Shown here: one piece after another, positions 13,395 to 26,004 of the stretch
How positions within the stretch are numbered: the first letter of the stretch is position 1
Layout: the number at the start of each line of letters is the position of its first letter
Source: Dimargaris cristalligena
Taxonomy: Eukaryota
Direction of reading: 5' to 3'
Length of the DNA: 47,960 nucleotides
NCBI GenBank assembly: GCA_003614675.1
Contig: ML002283.1
Span: forward strand, 1 to 47,960
The notes under the pieces: model-generated
Seen by the model: only the letters and a program-made list of their open reading frames with translations
Told to the model about the DNA's origin: nothing
Databases searched by the model: none
Program-made: the position numbers and the translations under genes

Positions 13395-14323
13395 CCTCGC
13401 TCTCCTCTTCTCCTCTCGCAGACTTACTTGCTGCCCTTACTTCCAATCTATTCAAGCCCACGAAACCACTCCTCCCCCGTTGGCTGTTCCATACCCTCAC
13501 CGGCACTTGTTTACCTTCTTCTCTACCTTCTGAAGCTGTCAAGGTCGGCTGTGTAACCCAGCCTCTCGTTTGCCATTCGTCCATTTTTGGACATATAAAC
13601 TTGCCCTCCCAGTTTCGCATATATATCTTACACTCCCGTTGGAGCCACAAAGGTATGTGTCCCCCCTTCCCCTTTGTCCCGCCCACCTGCCTATCGTCGT
13701 TTAACATTGAGGGTTAGGTTAGTTAGCTTCCCCCACCAACCCCGTGTCTATTGGGTCCACCGCATACACCCAAGGGCCAAAGCACTTAGGCTATACATGT
13801 CACCCCCCCACCTACTACACCCATTCTATCCACACTACTCCAGCCCCCCTTCTCCCGCGGACTATTTCCCAACCGCAAGTGGTCCCCCATTCGTTTTTAA
13901 CCAACTAACCGTCGGCCATTCCCTGGCATTGTTTCATTTCTCTCTTCCATTTAACCGTTTCCTTGTCGGCGCAGCGTCCTGTTCCCTGGCCTTCCGCCAC
14001 CTCACCCCATTGCATACTACCGGCTTCCTTGCCATACCGACGCAAGTTGCCGAGACCAGCGAGCCTTTTGCCACTCCTGCCCAGCCCGACGTATTTTCCT
14101 ATTGTACCTCTTGCTACTGCCCACTTTGCCTGTATACCCTGTCGCCATACTTTGAATTCTTGTGGCTCTGGTTCCCAGCTTGTTTATTTTGGCTGCAATC
14201 CAATCGGGTATTTCGTTCCCAAGCCGTATATCCTCGTTCCAGCCGATAAATTAAATTAAAGGGACGAGCAAAAGAATACTCCTTCCCACTGAACCTTTTC
14301 CCCCTTTATTTGCACACCTACAA

Positions 14324-17300
14324 ATGGCTACTCATCAGACCCCTTCCCAGCTAGGTAAGTTTCCATGATTCTACACCCTGATGACTAGCTCCACCCGTTT
14401 ATATTGCTGCGTACTGTATCCAGCGCCCTTTCCTCGAGTGAATCTTTGCCCATCTTAAGGGTTTTCTGGATCGTCCCCTCGTTGTAAATGGCCAACGAGT
14501 ACTGACTGGTGTTGGGTCGTTTTATCATCAGTTGTTGTGGTTCGACATTCCCTCGTGAGGACGCCGCAATTCCCTGGAGCTCTGGAAAGCTCATTCACTC
14601 CCTAATCGGTGTTCCTTGCCTGCCAGTATTCAGTGCCCGTCTCCTTCCCCTTAAGGTTCGGCAGACCATTTGGCAGTTGTACCGCAGGCCACATGCTGAA
14701 CAATAAACAAGGGCAGGGAGGAGTAAAGTGCTTAAAAATATCACTTAGCCCCCCCTGTTTTTTTTATAATAGCTTGGCATTCACCAGGGTGGCCCGTTTT
14801 CCTTGATTCTTTCTTCATCTCTCCTTCGTAGTTTCCCTGACATTCAATATACTCATAGCTTTTACTATTTACGTTACCAATTGACCTTCGCTACTGCCAT
14901 TCTAGACCCACCCGGCCGGTTGAACCTCTATTCTCCCGCGACCCCGGCTCGACTCTCTTCCCAAAGGTCAGCCCTGTCTATGCTAGCCGTTAATACCTCT
15001 ATGGACACCCACGGCCTGCGAACATCCGCCTCCGTAAGCGACTTGACTGCATCCAAAGTAGGCCCCGGACGGGCCTCTAACGGTACCCTGTCCCAATATC
15101 CGTCTACTCCGCTAGGTAAAGGCTTCAAAGAGCCTCTGCCTCCAACCCGACCTCTCAGTAATGGGGTGTCGTCTTTCCCAACACCCGACTCGGCCCTTAA
15201 AACAGCTCCCAGCGGCACCGGGGCCATCCCGCTCTCCTCACTGATTAATGGCGCTCCCGTCACCAAGATGGCATATCCCTCAAACCCCCCTCCCGCCCAA
15301 CGGCGTCTCTACGAGTCGAGCCAAGGCGGTGACCGAGTGCCCCCCAGCTCACCGTCTCCCAATACCTTACACGAATCCTTCAACCGTCTCAACCAGGTCT
15401 TCGGTGTAATCAAAGAGCAATTGACCCTATACGGACCCGGGTCCCGCTGGAAAATTGATCTGCTACTTATGCCGCCGGGCTGCTCCAACGAAAATGGTTC
15501 AACTTCCCCGGCCACTCCCGCCATCAGCAGTTCAATGTTCATTGGGCCTCGTTCCCCAGAAATGGAAACTTCCCCGCCAATGTCGCCTACATCTCTTAGG
15601 GCACTCACCTGGCCCCAAATCCAAGATATGACTGCGGCCCAACTACGCGCTAACCTGCACGAGGCCGTAGAACAGCTAAGACATGACCCACCATCTGACC
15701 AGCGTCGAACACGCCCACTTCCGCAGAGACGCCCAACCCCCCCTCATTGGGGTGTATTTAGTCCTGTGGGGCCGGGAAACCATCCCAATCCAGGCAATTC
15801 GGGAACCAATGGGCTAGATGGCCTGGCCCTATTGGCGGACCAGGTGGTCGCCCACTACCCCGGGCGAACTGACCCCAGTCCGACTCAGTCGGACTCGATG
15901 TCAGCCGTAATTGCGCACACTAAATGTCGGTCAGAGGATATTTGTCCTGCCGGCAACCTGGTCCCATCCTCTATCCCAGAGAGCAATGACGTTCATCCCG
16001 CCGTCCGGAGTCGTACCGGATCCCCACCCAGGGAGGTTTTGGTAGCCCAAAGGTCCACCCAGTCCCTAACCGAGATGTTCGAGCGCTGTCGGCGCCAGCA
16101 CCTCCAAGATCAGCCTGCGGGAGCTTCTCCCAGGCACATCGCCTCGTCTCCGCTGGCCCAGCGCTCCAGCCCCAGCGGAGAGTCTGACCGGGCCATGCGG
16201 CCTAGCCCTTCTTTAGTGGATGTCTTCACTACTTCAGAGGTACCCAACCTAGATTCGGAAACCGAGTCAGACGGCTTCTCCGATGCAGATTCTGAAGTTA
16301 GCGTTGCCCCCTTTGCTCGAACCCCGTCCCTGGATGCTCGAGGTCGTGCGCGTTCCCAGTCTGACCCCGCTGGCCAGCCCCCTCAGCTCCAGCGAGTGGG
16401 ATTGCCGCTTAGTCGGGGCAAGCTACAGCCACCCATATCATTTTCCAAGCATAAGCGTAAGCCGATAGTGGTCGGCACGGCCTTCACCAGCACCGGTAAG
16501 CCCCGTTCCTCCCGCAACCGCGACCGATCTGGGGCCAAACGTAAAAATCCAAATTCCCGCAAGATGGCCAAGCGCAATCGCTTGCACTCCAAAACCGGTC
16601 ATCCCGGGGCGAACCTGACTATTCGTTTAACTTCGGGCCCCCGGGTTCTGCCCAATGTAACGACGTCCACTTCCGTATCGCCCCCTGAACCATCCCCCGC
16701 TCTTCCAAGCGCCAATACCCACAGCCAACACCGCACCGCCTTGGAAGACCCCATGGGGCGTTTGGAAATCACCCAAGGTGGATCCCGAGGCCGAACGGCG
16801 AGTAACCCAGAGGCTATGGGCTCATCCGATAGCATCCGCTCGGGGGTATTGCCTCCACTCCCGCCCGCTCAGCGCCTCGTGGCAGCTGCCCCTGATTCAC
16901 CCAGTAACAAGGAGAACCGCTGGCGTGAGTTGGTGGGACGGGTTACCCGACGGGGTCCGGATAGTGGTCAAATGCGTAAGTCGCTCGAGGAAAAGCTCCG
17001 CTCTCCCATCAAACGTCTGACCAGCCCGCGCCACAGTCGGATTGGCTCGCCCCCTGGTGAAGGAGAACCTCCAAGTCCCACCGAAGGCCCGAACAGTAGC
17101 CCAGGGTTACTGTCCCTATTAGGACTAAAGAAGCGGGTTCCCGTCCAACGTGATCCACCCAGCGGGCCGTCTCAGGGACCCACCGGTCACCAACTCCCGA
17201 CCCCAACGGGGTATCCCCCATTGGCTCCCGCCCCCAAGCTGGGACGCCACGGCGGAACACCGGGCCACATGTTGTATCGTCCACATCCTGCAGACGCTCG

Positions 17301-18948
17301 CAATTTCCCTGAGGGCTCAGCGTCGTACGCACCGACGGGTCACCCCCACCCGTCGTTCCACCACCATCAACATGCTTCCTATGGCGGCTCACCGGCTAGT
17401 CCCGTCACGACGCCTTATGACCACCCACCGCATCATAATCCGTATGCCGTTCAGGCTTATCATATGTCGAGACAGCCCCCGACACCGACTCAGCCAACCA
17501 ATGGGTCCGCTTCGAGTCCGGGACTTCCTCCCATCAGGGCAAACTGCTCGGTTAACCGACCTGGTGGGGTCCACACGGACGCCAGCCGCTACTATCGTCA
17601 AGTGACTGCCTCTCGCATGGCCCCCTACATTTCCACCTCGCGGTTCGGCATACCGTATCACCCGGCCAAGCGCCGGCGTTCCGTGTACGCTAAGTGGTCC
17701 CCTGCTGAAGATATTCTTTTGCGAGTGGCTACTTGCAAGTACGGCGAGAAGAATTGGGACTCCATTGCCCGGGAGGTGCCCGGTAGGACCTACCATCAGT
17801 GTCGTCAGCGATGGAATAAGTCGCTCAAGCTGACCAACCCACTCACCCCTGAAGAACTACGTACTGGAAAGCTCGGTGATGACCTGGATATCGAGGGCGC
17901 ACGTACAGCCGTTCAGACTGCGCTCAATAACAGCCAGACCCAGCCGATGGGGCCTGATGGCACTAGTGCCATGCTCAGCCCCGGGTCCGAGGACCTATCG
18001 TGTTCGCCCAAGTTCCCGAACCCCCAGTCTCCGGGTGACTTGATTTCACCTTACTTGACTTCGACCCATGGCGGCGAGACGGTCCCCGGCCATTTCTCGT
18101 TGCAGCACTCCCCCTACCCAGTCAACGCCCACCCTCAACGCTATCCTCCGGGAACCTACTTCCCTCACCACCATGCGGAAACGGGCGCTACTCAACCCCC
18201 TACCCCTTCCGATGGATCGGGCTACCCACCGCTGGGCCGTTGGCCAACTGCTGGAGACCGCTCGTCATCCCATGTTTCCGCTTCATCGTCCACCTCATCT
18301 CTGATCTCCCCGTCCCATACTGGTGGCCCATCAACTATAATGTATTCTCCCATGGTCAAGCCCATTGACGGCTATTGTCTCCAGGTAGCCCCGGCGGAGC
18401 CTCCTATCCCCCGATGCTCCGAAGGAATTTCGCTCATACCACCCTCCCCGTTGATGCCTGAGCCCCAAATGAACTGGCCCAACGGCTACCATCTCAGCGG
18501 GAGTTCGCCCATCGCTGCACACCATCAGCTCGGCCCAGGCCCCGTGGTCGGGAATGGCGGAAACAGCGTCGTTAGCCAGGTCTCTGACGCGACACTGGCG
18601 CCCGCTGACGAACGATCCGGCAATGGCTACCGTCGCACTCTCCAGAAGGTGTCGAGCCGTATTGGCCGTATCGTACACGGTAACGGGGTTTCCGACTCCT
18701 CGCAGTATAATGCATCGATGGCGCCAATGGTTTTGGCACCCGGCCAGGATAAGTATCATGCCGAAACCAGTGGTTACCCTTACCCGTCCAATGATATGAT
18801 TGAAGCTGGTGAGCCTGAAACGGACGCAACGATGTGTAGCCCTGTCACTATGGGTGTTCTGGACTCGACCCTCCCTGCCATTGATGAACCAATCGTGAGC
18901 GATAAACCCAGGGGCAACAGCATTCGGAGTTTGGTCAACTCTAACTAA
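14324..18948 (+). CDS. Large, mostly disordered Myb/SANT-domain transcriptional regulator (~1357 aa); exons 14324-14354, 14906-18948
   Basis: Myb repeat KWSPAEDILLRVATCKYGEKNWDSIAREVPGRTYHQCRQRW (~17692-17814). A mini-exon ATG GCT ACT CAT CAG ACC CCT TCC CAG CTA G|GTAAGT splices in frame to the acceptor TTCTAG|ACCCA at 14905. Alternative start is ATG 14980. Basic NLS-like clusters (KHKRK, KRKNPNSRKMAKR, KRRR). Confidence 0.85.
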
Positions 18949-21900
18949 TCGCGCCTTTTGTCCCACTGCATTTTGGGTGACTAGGCTTTGGCCATTTTCG
19001 AACAAGATGGTTTGGGTGTATTGCCGGAGTTCTGTTGCCGATTGTTATATCCCCATGAATGGCCCACCCATTACCTTTTACTAAACTATTTGCTCGATGC
19101 AATTGCTACATCCCTTATAATCTATCCTTATGAATTGTACATATTTACATTTACCCATTCCCTCATATCCACTATCTCCCAGTTATACATACATATATGC
19201 ATCCCCTCTACATATTACGACTAAAACCCGCGCCATTGGCGAATACCCCCTCCTCCCCCTTCACCGTACTTTATCATACTCATTCTGTACTTTATATCTA
19301 TATCTGAATATCCTACCATTTTGGACTATCCCGCATATTGCACTACTCTTCTGTATTCCCCCTCCTCATCATTTACCACTGTTTTCCCCATTTTCTAGAC
19401 CCGATTTGTGATTTATACAAGTTTGTGCGAATGTGCGCCATGTCATTTTACTAGCATGATTGATGGCATTGGTTATTATAAATGAAGTTGATTAATTCTT
19501 TCAAAATAAGACTGGTGAATTAGGACAGGGGAAAATTGGCCAGTTAATTGCATGCTATGCTGTAAAACCTGGTGAGATTTGATGTCAGTTTGTAAATGAG
19601 ATTGCAATTCTATCTTGCATATTAGAAAGGAGCTGGTAATATAGAAATGGTGTGGTGCATTTGGATCTCAAATCGACTCCAGCTTAGTTGCAGCAGCTGG
19701 GTGGTTAATGTAGCTGTCTAGTTTTTGCCGCATGCTTATTCTGTCATCCTGGATTCTTCAAGTATACACTTGAGTGTCCGACGTCGAGAATAGGTATATT
19801 ACAAGGACACTTTATTGAATGATCCAGTGGGCAAAATGTATGATAACTAGAATAATAAACTGAGAGACATTAGGAAGGGGTAGCGAATTGATTAATCAAC
19901 GGGTAATATATGTGTGTTGGGTGATAGACGTGGGATCTAAATATACCAGACGGGGCCGTCGCCGGGTTGGAACATGCGTTTGGGCTAGTTTGTTATCAAA
20001 TTAGGTGAGGAGGGTATCATATCCGCCAGACCGCTTACCTGAATCGGTACTTAATAATGTAATATGTTACAGCACTATTCCCATGACAACGCCTAGCACC
20101 GCGAGGGTCATTGATCAGTCACCCCAGGCCATACTCAAAGGTCTCATGCATTGAAATTCATCCTTAATCAAAGACCCCTCTAGTTCCCACCAGAGTTTTC
20201 TGGATACCCGTAGATAATTTCCGAAGCCATCATTAACATCATTAAATGGACCCTCGATTAGTGCTATACACTTCAGTGTTCATATACCGATGCCCCTCAC
20301 CATTCTGCTGTTCTAAATGGAGTAAATACTAGATGAGCCAATTACTGGTGTCGTATTCTTAGGAAGCCCACATCATATGGGCTCTAATCAGTATTAGAGG
20401 GGTTAACTACCGTCGCAAGTGGGAATACTGCTATTAAGTCAGGCTATATGCACATTGTACTAAAGGTATTCTATATCAACGGCCCATACGTAAATCTCAA
20501 AATGGTTAATTATACTACCAAGGGGCAGGGTTAGGGTGTCTATGGCGCTGTAATAAGGTTAAAATCAAGGCTGTCTAATAGCTCGCCCAATGCTGGCGCG
20601 GGAATGACTAGCAAAAAGACAACCGGCATAACGGAGCGGCAAGGGGGAAACCTGAGGGAAAGGGATTTTGAAAGAGTAGAAAACCATCAAAAAGGTACAA
20701 TGTGAATATCTGCTGGTAAAAGTCATTGTTATATAGTTATACCGACAATAGAGTAATAGTAAATAGCTCCGAAGCCATCAGGGGGAGGTATGCAGTGATA
20801 AAAGCGGTACAATGTTATACGTGCGTTGGTCAAGGGGGTGACAATTGGTGAAGCCTCGAATTGGTGCGGGTGGTTCGCCAATAGTGATTGAAGGAAAGTG
20901 GGCCGTAGTAACATCCCATTTAGCGATATCTATACCGTGGCCCCGGATGGCAGTCCAGTAGGGGTAGGAAGAGGCTATGTCAATTGCATTGATTGCTGGT
21001 GTGAGTATTTAGCCCTGCAGTAAAACAGCTCAAACTGACGAAATACTAATATAGTTGCCGGTCAGCAGAACGGTAGAATATAGCATCTTTATTCGTCCCC
21101 AATTCGCAAGGCTCGGCAAGGCTAAAGATTGCTCTATTATGGATTTGTACTTACAGCTGGCTACCACTTGAAGAGCAGTAGTTGATAATGTGAGGAATAA
21201 TGGCAGTAGCAGATTTTTCACTAATTCGACTCTTACTATCAGTGTGGAGGAAGGTGGTACCTGAGTGCATACAAACATTGCCCGCTTGCTCTAATAGTCT
21301 GAATTACAATAGAAATGTATTCATCGCGGTACACTATTCCCGCACTTGGCGGTTCCCGATAAAATCATCTGTCGTGATCAATCAAAGTTGGCCAGTCTTT
21401 TTAGCCGTAAATCTGGTCGCATAAAATAACCAGGTATACTATCACTATAATGTCGATGGATTCATCTATAGGCCAATCCTATTACGACAATCCCTGTGGT
21501 TTACTGCTATTAACCAAAGTGCGGCTACCCCATAACTTGCTACAGAATAAAACACCCGATAAAATGACATTTCTCACCTATGTGGGAGTATGTTTCCAAT
21601 GCTGGATCACATGTGGTATATGCCCGATTCGAGCTGTTCGTAGCTAGATTATAATCGATTGCAGTTTTATTATTACTATCAACCAAAGGCAACGGTCACC
21701 CTATAATCCAGCCGCTCTATTTGACACTTCTCTATTTCATACATTGGCATTCACGGCGTCTGCAAGTGGATCGACAGCGTGATGGTGTTTAAAGACCCAT
21801 ATAATGCCATATAGGGCATTACTGGGGATAGTTATTGAAAACATCACCTCGCCATCTTGGTCTGAAACGATCCTTCCAAGTCCCAGGAGTGCGCCAGCGA

Positions 21901-22889
21901 ATAATCAGCTTTGATTGTTCTAGCTTGGCGAGCCCAATAGTCTCGGGATTTACATATACTTTTTGGATCGAATTGGAGAAGTGATTGAACAACATTGTAT
22001 GGTACCCTCCTATAAAGGTGTAAGTGCAATGGGCCCTCGGGCGGAATGACGATAGTGACCAGTTAACCGAATGCTAAGCATAATGGGTGTGGATGTACCC
22101 TTCTGTGATGATCATTTGCCCGGATCGTCCATCGTATCTACTCATATATGCCCTATTAAATACCGAACTAATGTAATATATACCAGATATTTCCGGGCGT
22201 TCGATTTTCATTGCCTTTGTTACTCCCCCGGCCAATTGCACATCAATAGACAGGGATAGGGATGTACACGATCCACGGATTGGCATGTGAGTATGGTATC
22301 AATTAGTACACCCGTCAATTAAATGTGTATCACCCCGATTGTAGGCCAAGCGGCATACAACTAATTTAAACAACCTGTACCATTAGCAGCACGGCGATGG
22401 CAGAGTAACAGATTCTGGGCCGATTGGGTGCACTAAACCGCATTATTGTGGCTCGGATTATTTTCATACGTATAATTTTCCAATAGTGAAATGTGGCAAT
22501 CGTGACCGTCGCAAATATGAGCCCTCTCAAGTAGATCATAGGTAACCGCCCGCTCCCCCCTGTCGAAAATCCCGGTAACTTCATTAGTTTAGGCTGTGAG
22601 TAGTACGTTGGTGCCAAATGAATAGGAGAAGGTCCTGTAGGTATTGGAGGAGCACAGCGACTCACGGCCGAACTGAGCTGGAGGAGAGGTATTTGGCCAG
22701 TTTCCTACATAACCACACTGTTCACCTGATTTTTGCTATATATCATCCCTCATTCTTTTAATCATTACTCCGAACAGCTCTTACTTTTTCTATTGAAATC
22801 GCCCATACGCGTGTATCATCGTTTAACCCGCCTTCGTTGTCATTTTCGGGCCTATTCCACTTACCACTACAGCCCCACGGTCATCTGCA

Positions 22890-23264
22890 ATGAAGTTCAC
22901 TTACCTGTACACTGCGGTTCTTTTAGCGGTAGTCGCTGTCCCCTCGGCACCGCTGGTATCGTCCGCGGTCGTCCCCGTCAACACCGAATTTCAAGTTCCG
23001 TCGGCCCAGCGCCATGTCACACCTCCAGTCACCGAGTCAGACGTTCTAGCCCATCACCGCCACCCACACTTTGCTCGTACTGCTCTCTATTCCTGTAATT
23101 TAGGCTCACGGCCAATAATTCAAAGACGCTCACAACAACCGACCCAGCTTGTCCCCAGTGATAATATAGCTGCGGATAAGCAGTTACGTATTACGCCTCT
23201 GTCTACTGATAACACAATTGCCCTGATTCTTGGTAAAAATCTTCATATGCTTACCTCATTTTGA
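22890..23264 (+). CDS. Small secreted pre-pro-protein, paralog A (124 aa)
   Basis: Signal-peptide-like N-terminus MKFTYLYTAVLLAVVAVPSAP. Colinear homology to 26005-26370, including upstream DNA. QRRS at residues 78-81. Confidence 0.8.
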   Translation: MKFTYLYTAVLLAVVAVPSAPLVSSAVVPVNTEFQVPSAQRHVTPPVTESDVLAHHRHPHFARTALYSCNLGSRPIIQRRSQQPTQLVPSDNIAADKQLRITPLSTDNTIALILGKNLHMLTSF

Positions 23265-24055
23265 AGCCTTGAGATTTATATGGACCATGGCCAACTGCCG
23301 CCATATATCGTATTACCAGGCACTGGGCGTTTTTCTTTTGATAGCCATATCCCCCATCACCATGTCTTATTGTAAAATAGTTATATCACTTTGGCATTTA
23401 CCTTGAAAATACAATAAACACATATTTTATAGCGAGTTTATATGAATGTACCTGGCCATCATTATCCAATTGTTAATGCAAGCCAGTGCAAATAATTCGG
23501 ATTAATTGATTCACCCGGTCAAGGAAAACAAAATGCGGTACTTGGCAAAGTATTTCTTAAATGGGGGTGCAGTTATGCGCAGCTATTATATTACCCGAAC
23601 TTGCCGGTATGTATTAAGTAGAGATAGGTGGGTGGCTCAATTAACAGTAGCACATTCCTAGACAAAATATTTTGGTACATACCATCAATCTTAATGGCTT
23701 TTGATTCATTTTTTAGACATAATATTTTTTTCTAATTGAAGTCAAATCTAATATACAAATTATACAATCATGAACAGGCATCCCAGTGTATTAAGTCAAC
23801 TAACCCAACCTAAAAGAGAAAATGAATTTCCATATAACCCACCTGTATTTGACCCTTTTGTACCACAGCCCCTTCCCATAATGATACCTGGAATCATGAG
23901 GATATCCTATTTCCACCCCTCCCCCTAATTTTTACTACCAGGCTCTGGTACTTGTGCTTAGTTATTAACCTGAAGACCCATTACTTCATATTAAAGTCTT
24001 CCAGGTACTGATTAACCCCAACAGGGACCTTTAATATTCCCTTCTATATGATCCC

Positions 24056-24651
24056 TGTCATCTAGGTTAACCACTCTTAGTCTATCAAGAGTCCTAAGGA
24101 TAGGCTTCTAATGGTAGGCAGGGCTTATACTTAGCTAAGCTATTTACTAGCATCAGGTATGGGGCATAGTACTAATTAATAAAGGCTAAATGCAGGTATA
24201 ATCAAGGGACATGCAGCAGGCATACTTACTAGTTGATATAAGGGGAGTAAGTGTATATAGAGTTTATTAAGAGTAAACTAAGGATAGGAATAAGCTAAGG
24301 AATCCAACTGGTCCCAATGGGGCCTGGTTATATATACGCTGAGGATGCCTCCAGAGCAAGGTCCTAAGGGAAAGATACTAATAAGGCTATAGGATTTTGG
24401 TAAATAGGCTGACTGGATAGCTATGGATATCTGGAAGACTCTGATAGTAACTGGAAGAGACTTATGGATCAGTACCTGAGTGATTAGTACACAGGGTAAA
24501 GTCTGGGTGGGGGAAAGGTTATATATAATGCAGTATGATCCCATGGTACTGGGGGTAGCTATGGGAATCCTAGTATGGTGCAATAAGGCCTAATATGGTC
24601 TGGAGTCTAACCAGCTGGATTAAGGTGGATTAGATGGGCTAATATACCACA
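24056..24651 (+). mobile_element. Solo-LTR-like repeat, copy 2 (~596 bp, TG...CA)
   Basis: Starts TGTCA and ends CCACA. Colinear with 46737-47306 along its whole length. Internal AATAAA and TATATATA. No coding capacity, one CpG, no clear TSD. Confidence 0.8.
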
Positions 24652-26004
24652 ATATATTGTATAAAGGTGGACCCTAGGTGTTTGGTAAATTTAGCTAATA
24701 TTAACATTACAGTGGAGAGAAATATTTAAATGCCTGCATTTTTACCAGCACTTTTGGATATGGTAAGGCAGTGGTATATGTTTTTGCTTTAATCATAAAA
24801 GCCAACAAAATCCACACCTCTAAACTAATATTGGATAGTAATGTACACCCAAGGTTGCAGTCCCGCCTGTTTTAATTACCATCATTTTCCATTTGGGCCA
24901 CCGACATCCCTGATTAGGTGAGTTTATGTGGCTTAAATTAGAACAACTGGGTATTCTTCAAGGTTCTTCGTTCCCGGGCTTGGCAGTAGTCACACAATAT
25001 CACTTGCGTTGGGTAGTCACCATAGGTAGATCCACTGGCCCTGATACATTAAGCAAAATATTACCAATATCGTCAATACGTAATAGTAAAATAGCGAAAT
25101 AGGAAATCCCCTGGGACTACCGAGAGAGAAGAGTTCTGAAAATACGTAAGAGCTATTAATGTAAGTCGTTGGGCGTAGGCGGTTGGGGGGGGGGAGAGAG
25201 AGAGATTTGTCTCCACTAGATCGGCTATTGGCATAATTATAGTTGACGAATAGGACTGTCTCAATATAAGGGGATGCTTTTGGAGATTTCCTTGAATATC
25301 TGTTTATCAATGCCTTTATTACCCCCGCAATCATTGGCGGATCGATGGGTAGAGATTTAATGGGCATAATTCACCGATGACCGTATATAAGTGTGTAATT
25401 AATTGGCACATCGGCCTTTTTTTTTACGCAAATCACAACCACTAAAGATTAATTAGCAAGCCGAGGATTTCTGGGACTTGTCGTATCGTCCGGTTAACAG
25501 TAATACCATAAATGAGTAGTGTAGTGTACGCTGATTAAATAGAGTATACTTCAGTATGGGGCCCGAAGGGATTAAAATGCACACCATAACCCCATAATAT
25601 ATCTTGCAAATCGCGACATTCGGACACCATGAACTTGCCCAAATGGATCATCCGTGACCGCCCGCTCTCCTCTGTTAGGCATATGGGTCAACCCCACTAG
25701 CTTTGGTGGTATGTAGTACATTTGCGTAATATGAACAGACCCAAGATTTGTGGGAGTTGAAAGAGATACAGCAACTCACAGACAATCTGGGCTGGAACCC
25801 GGGAATTAACTGCCTTGGGCCCATTTAAACTCGCCGTTCGCCCTATGTAATGGTACTCATTATCTCACATCGGTTTTAACCATTACTCATAATAGTTATT
25901 ATATTACCCTTGGAATTATCTCATACACGAACAACCCTTAAACCATCATTTCACTCCTCGTTGGTCCTACTCCACTTATTATACCTACTCCATAATCACT
26001 TGCA

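Noticed and set aside
12635-14259. Several overlapping 98-191-aa ORFs
   Set aside because: Products of CT-rich and low-complexity leader/intron DNA of the Myb gene
14803-14905. TTG-started N-terminal extension of the Myb ORF (likewise the ORF-track starts at 34157, 36727 and 44738)
   Set aside because: Non-ATG starts running through intron or UTR sequence; better ATGs were identified
20100-20630. Possible decayed secreted-protein gene on the minus strand (MPVVFLLVIPAPALG...)
   Set aside because: Stop after 29 codons, many further stops and no paralog visible
24278-24583. 101-aa ORF within the LTR-like repeat
   Set aside because: No ATG start or transposon motifs; not evidently preserved in other copies
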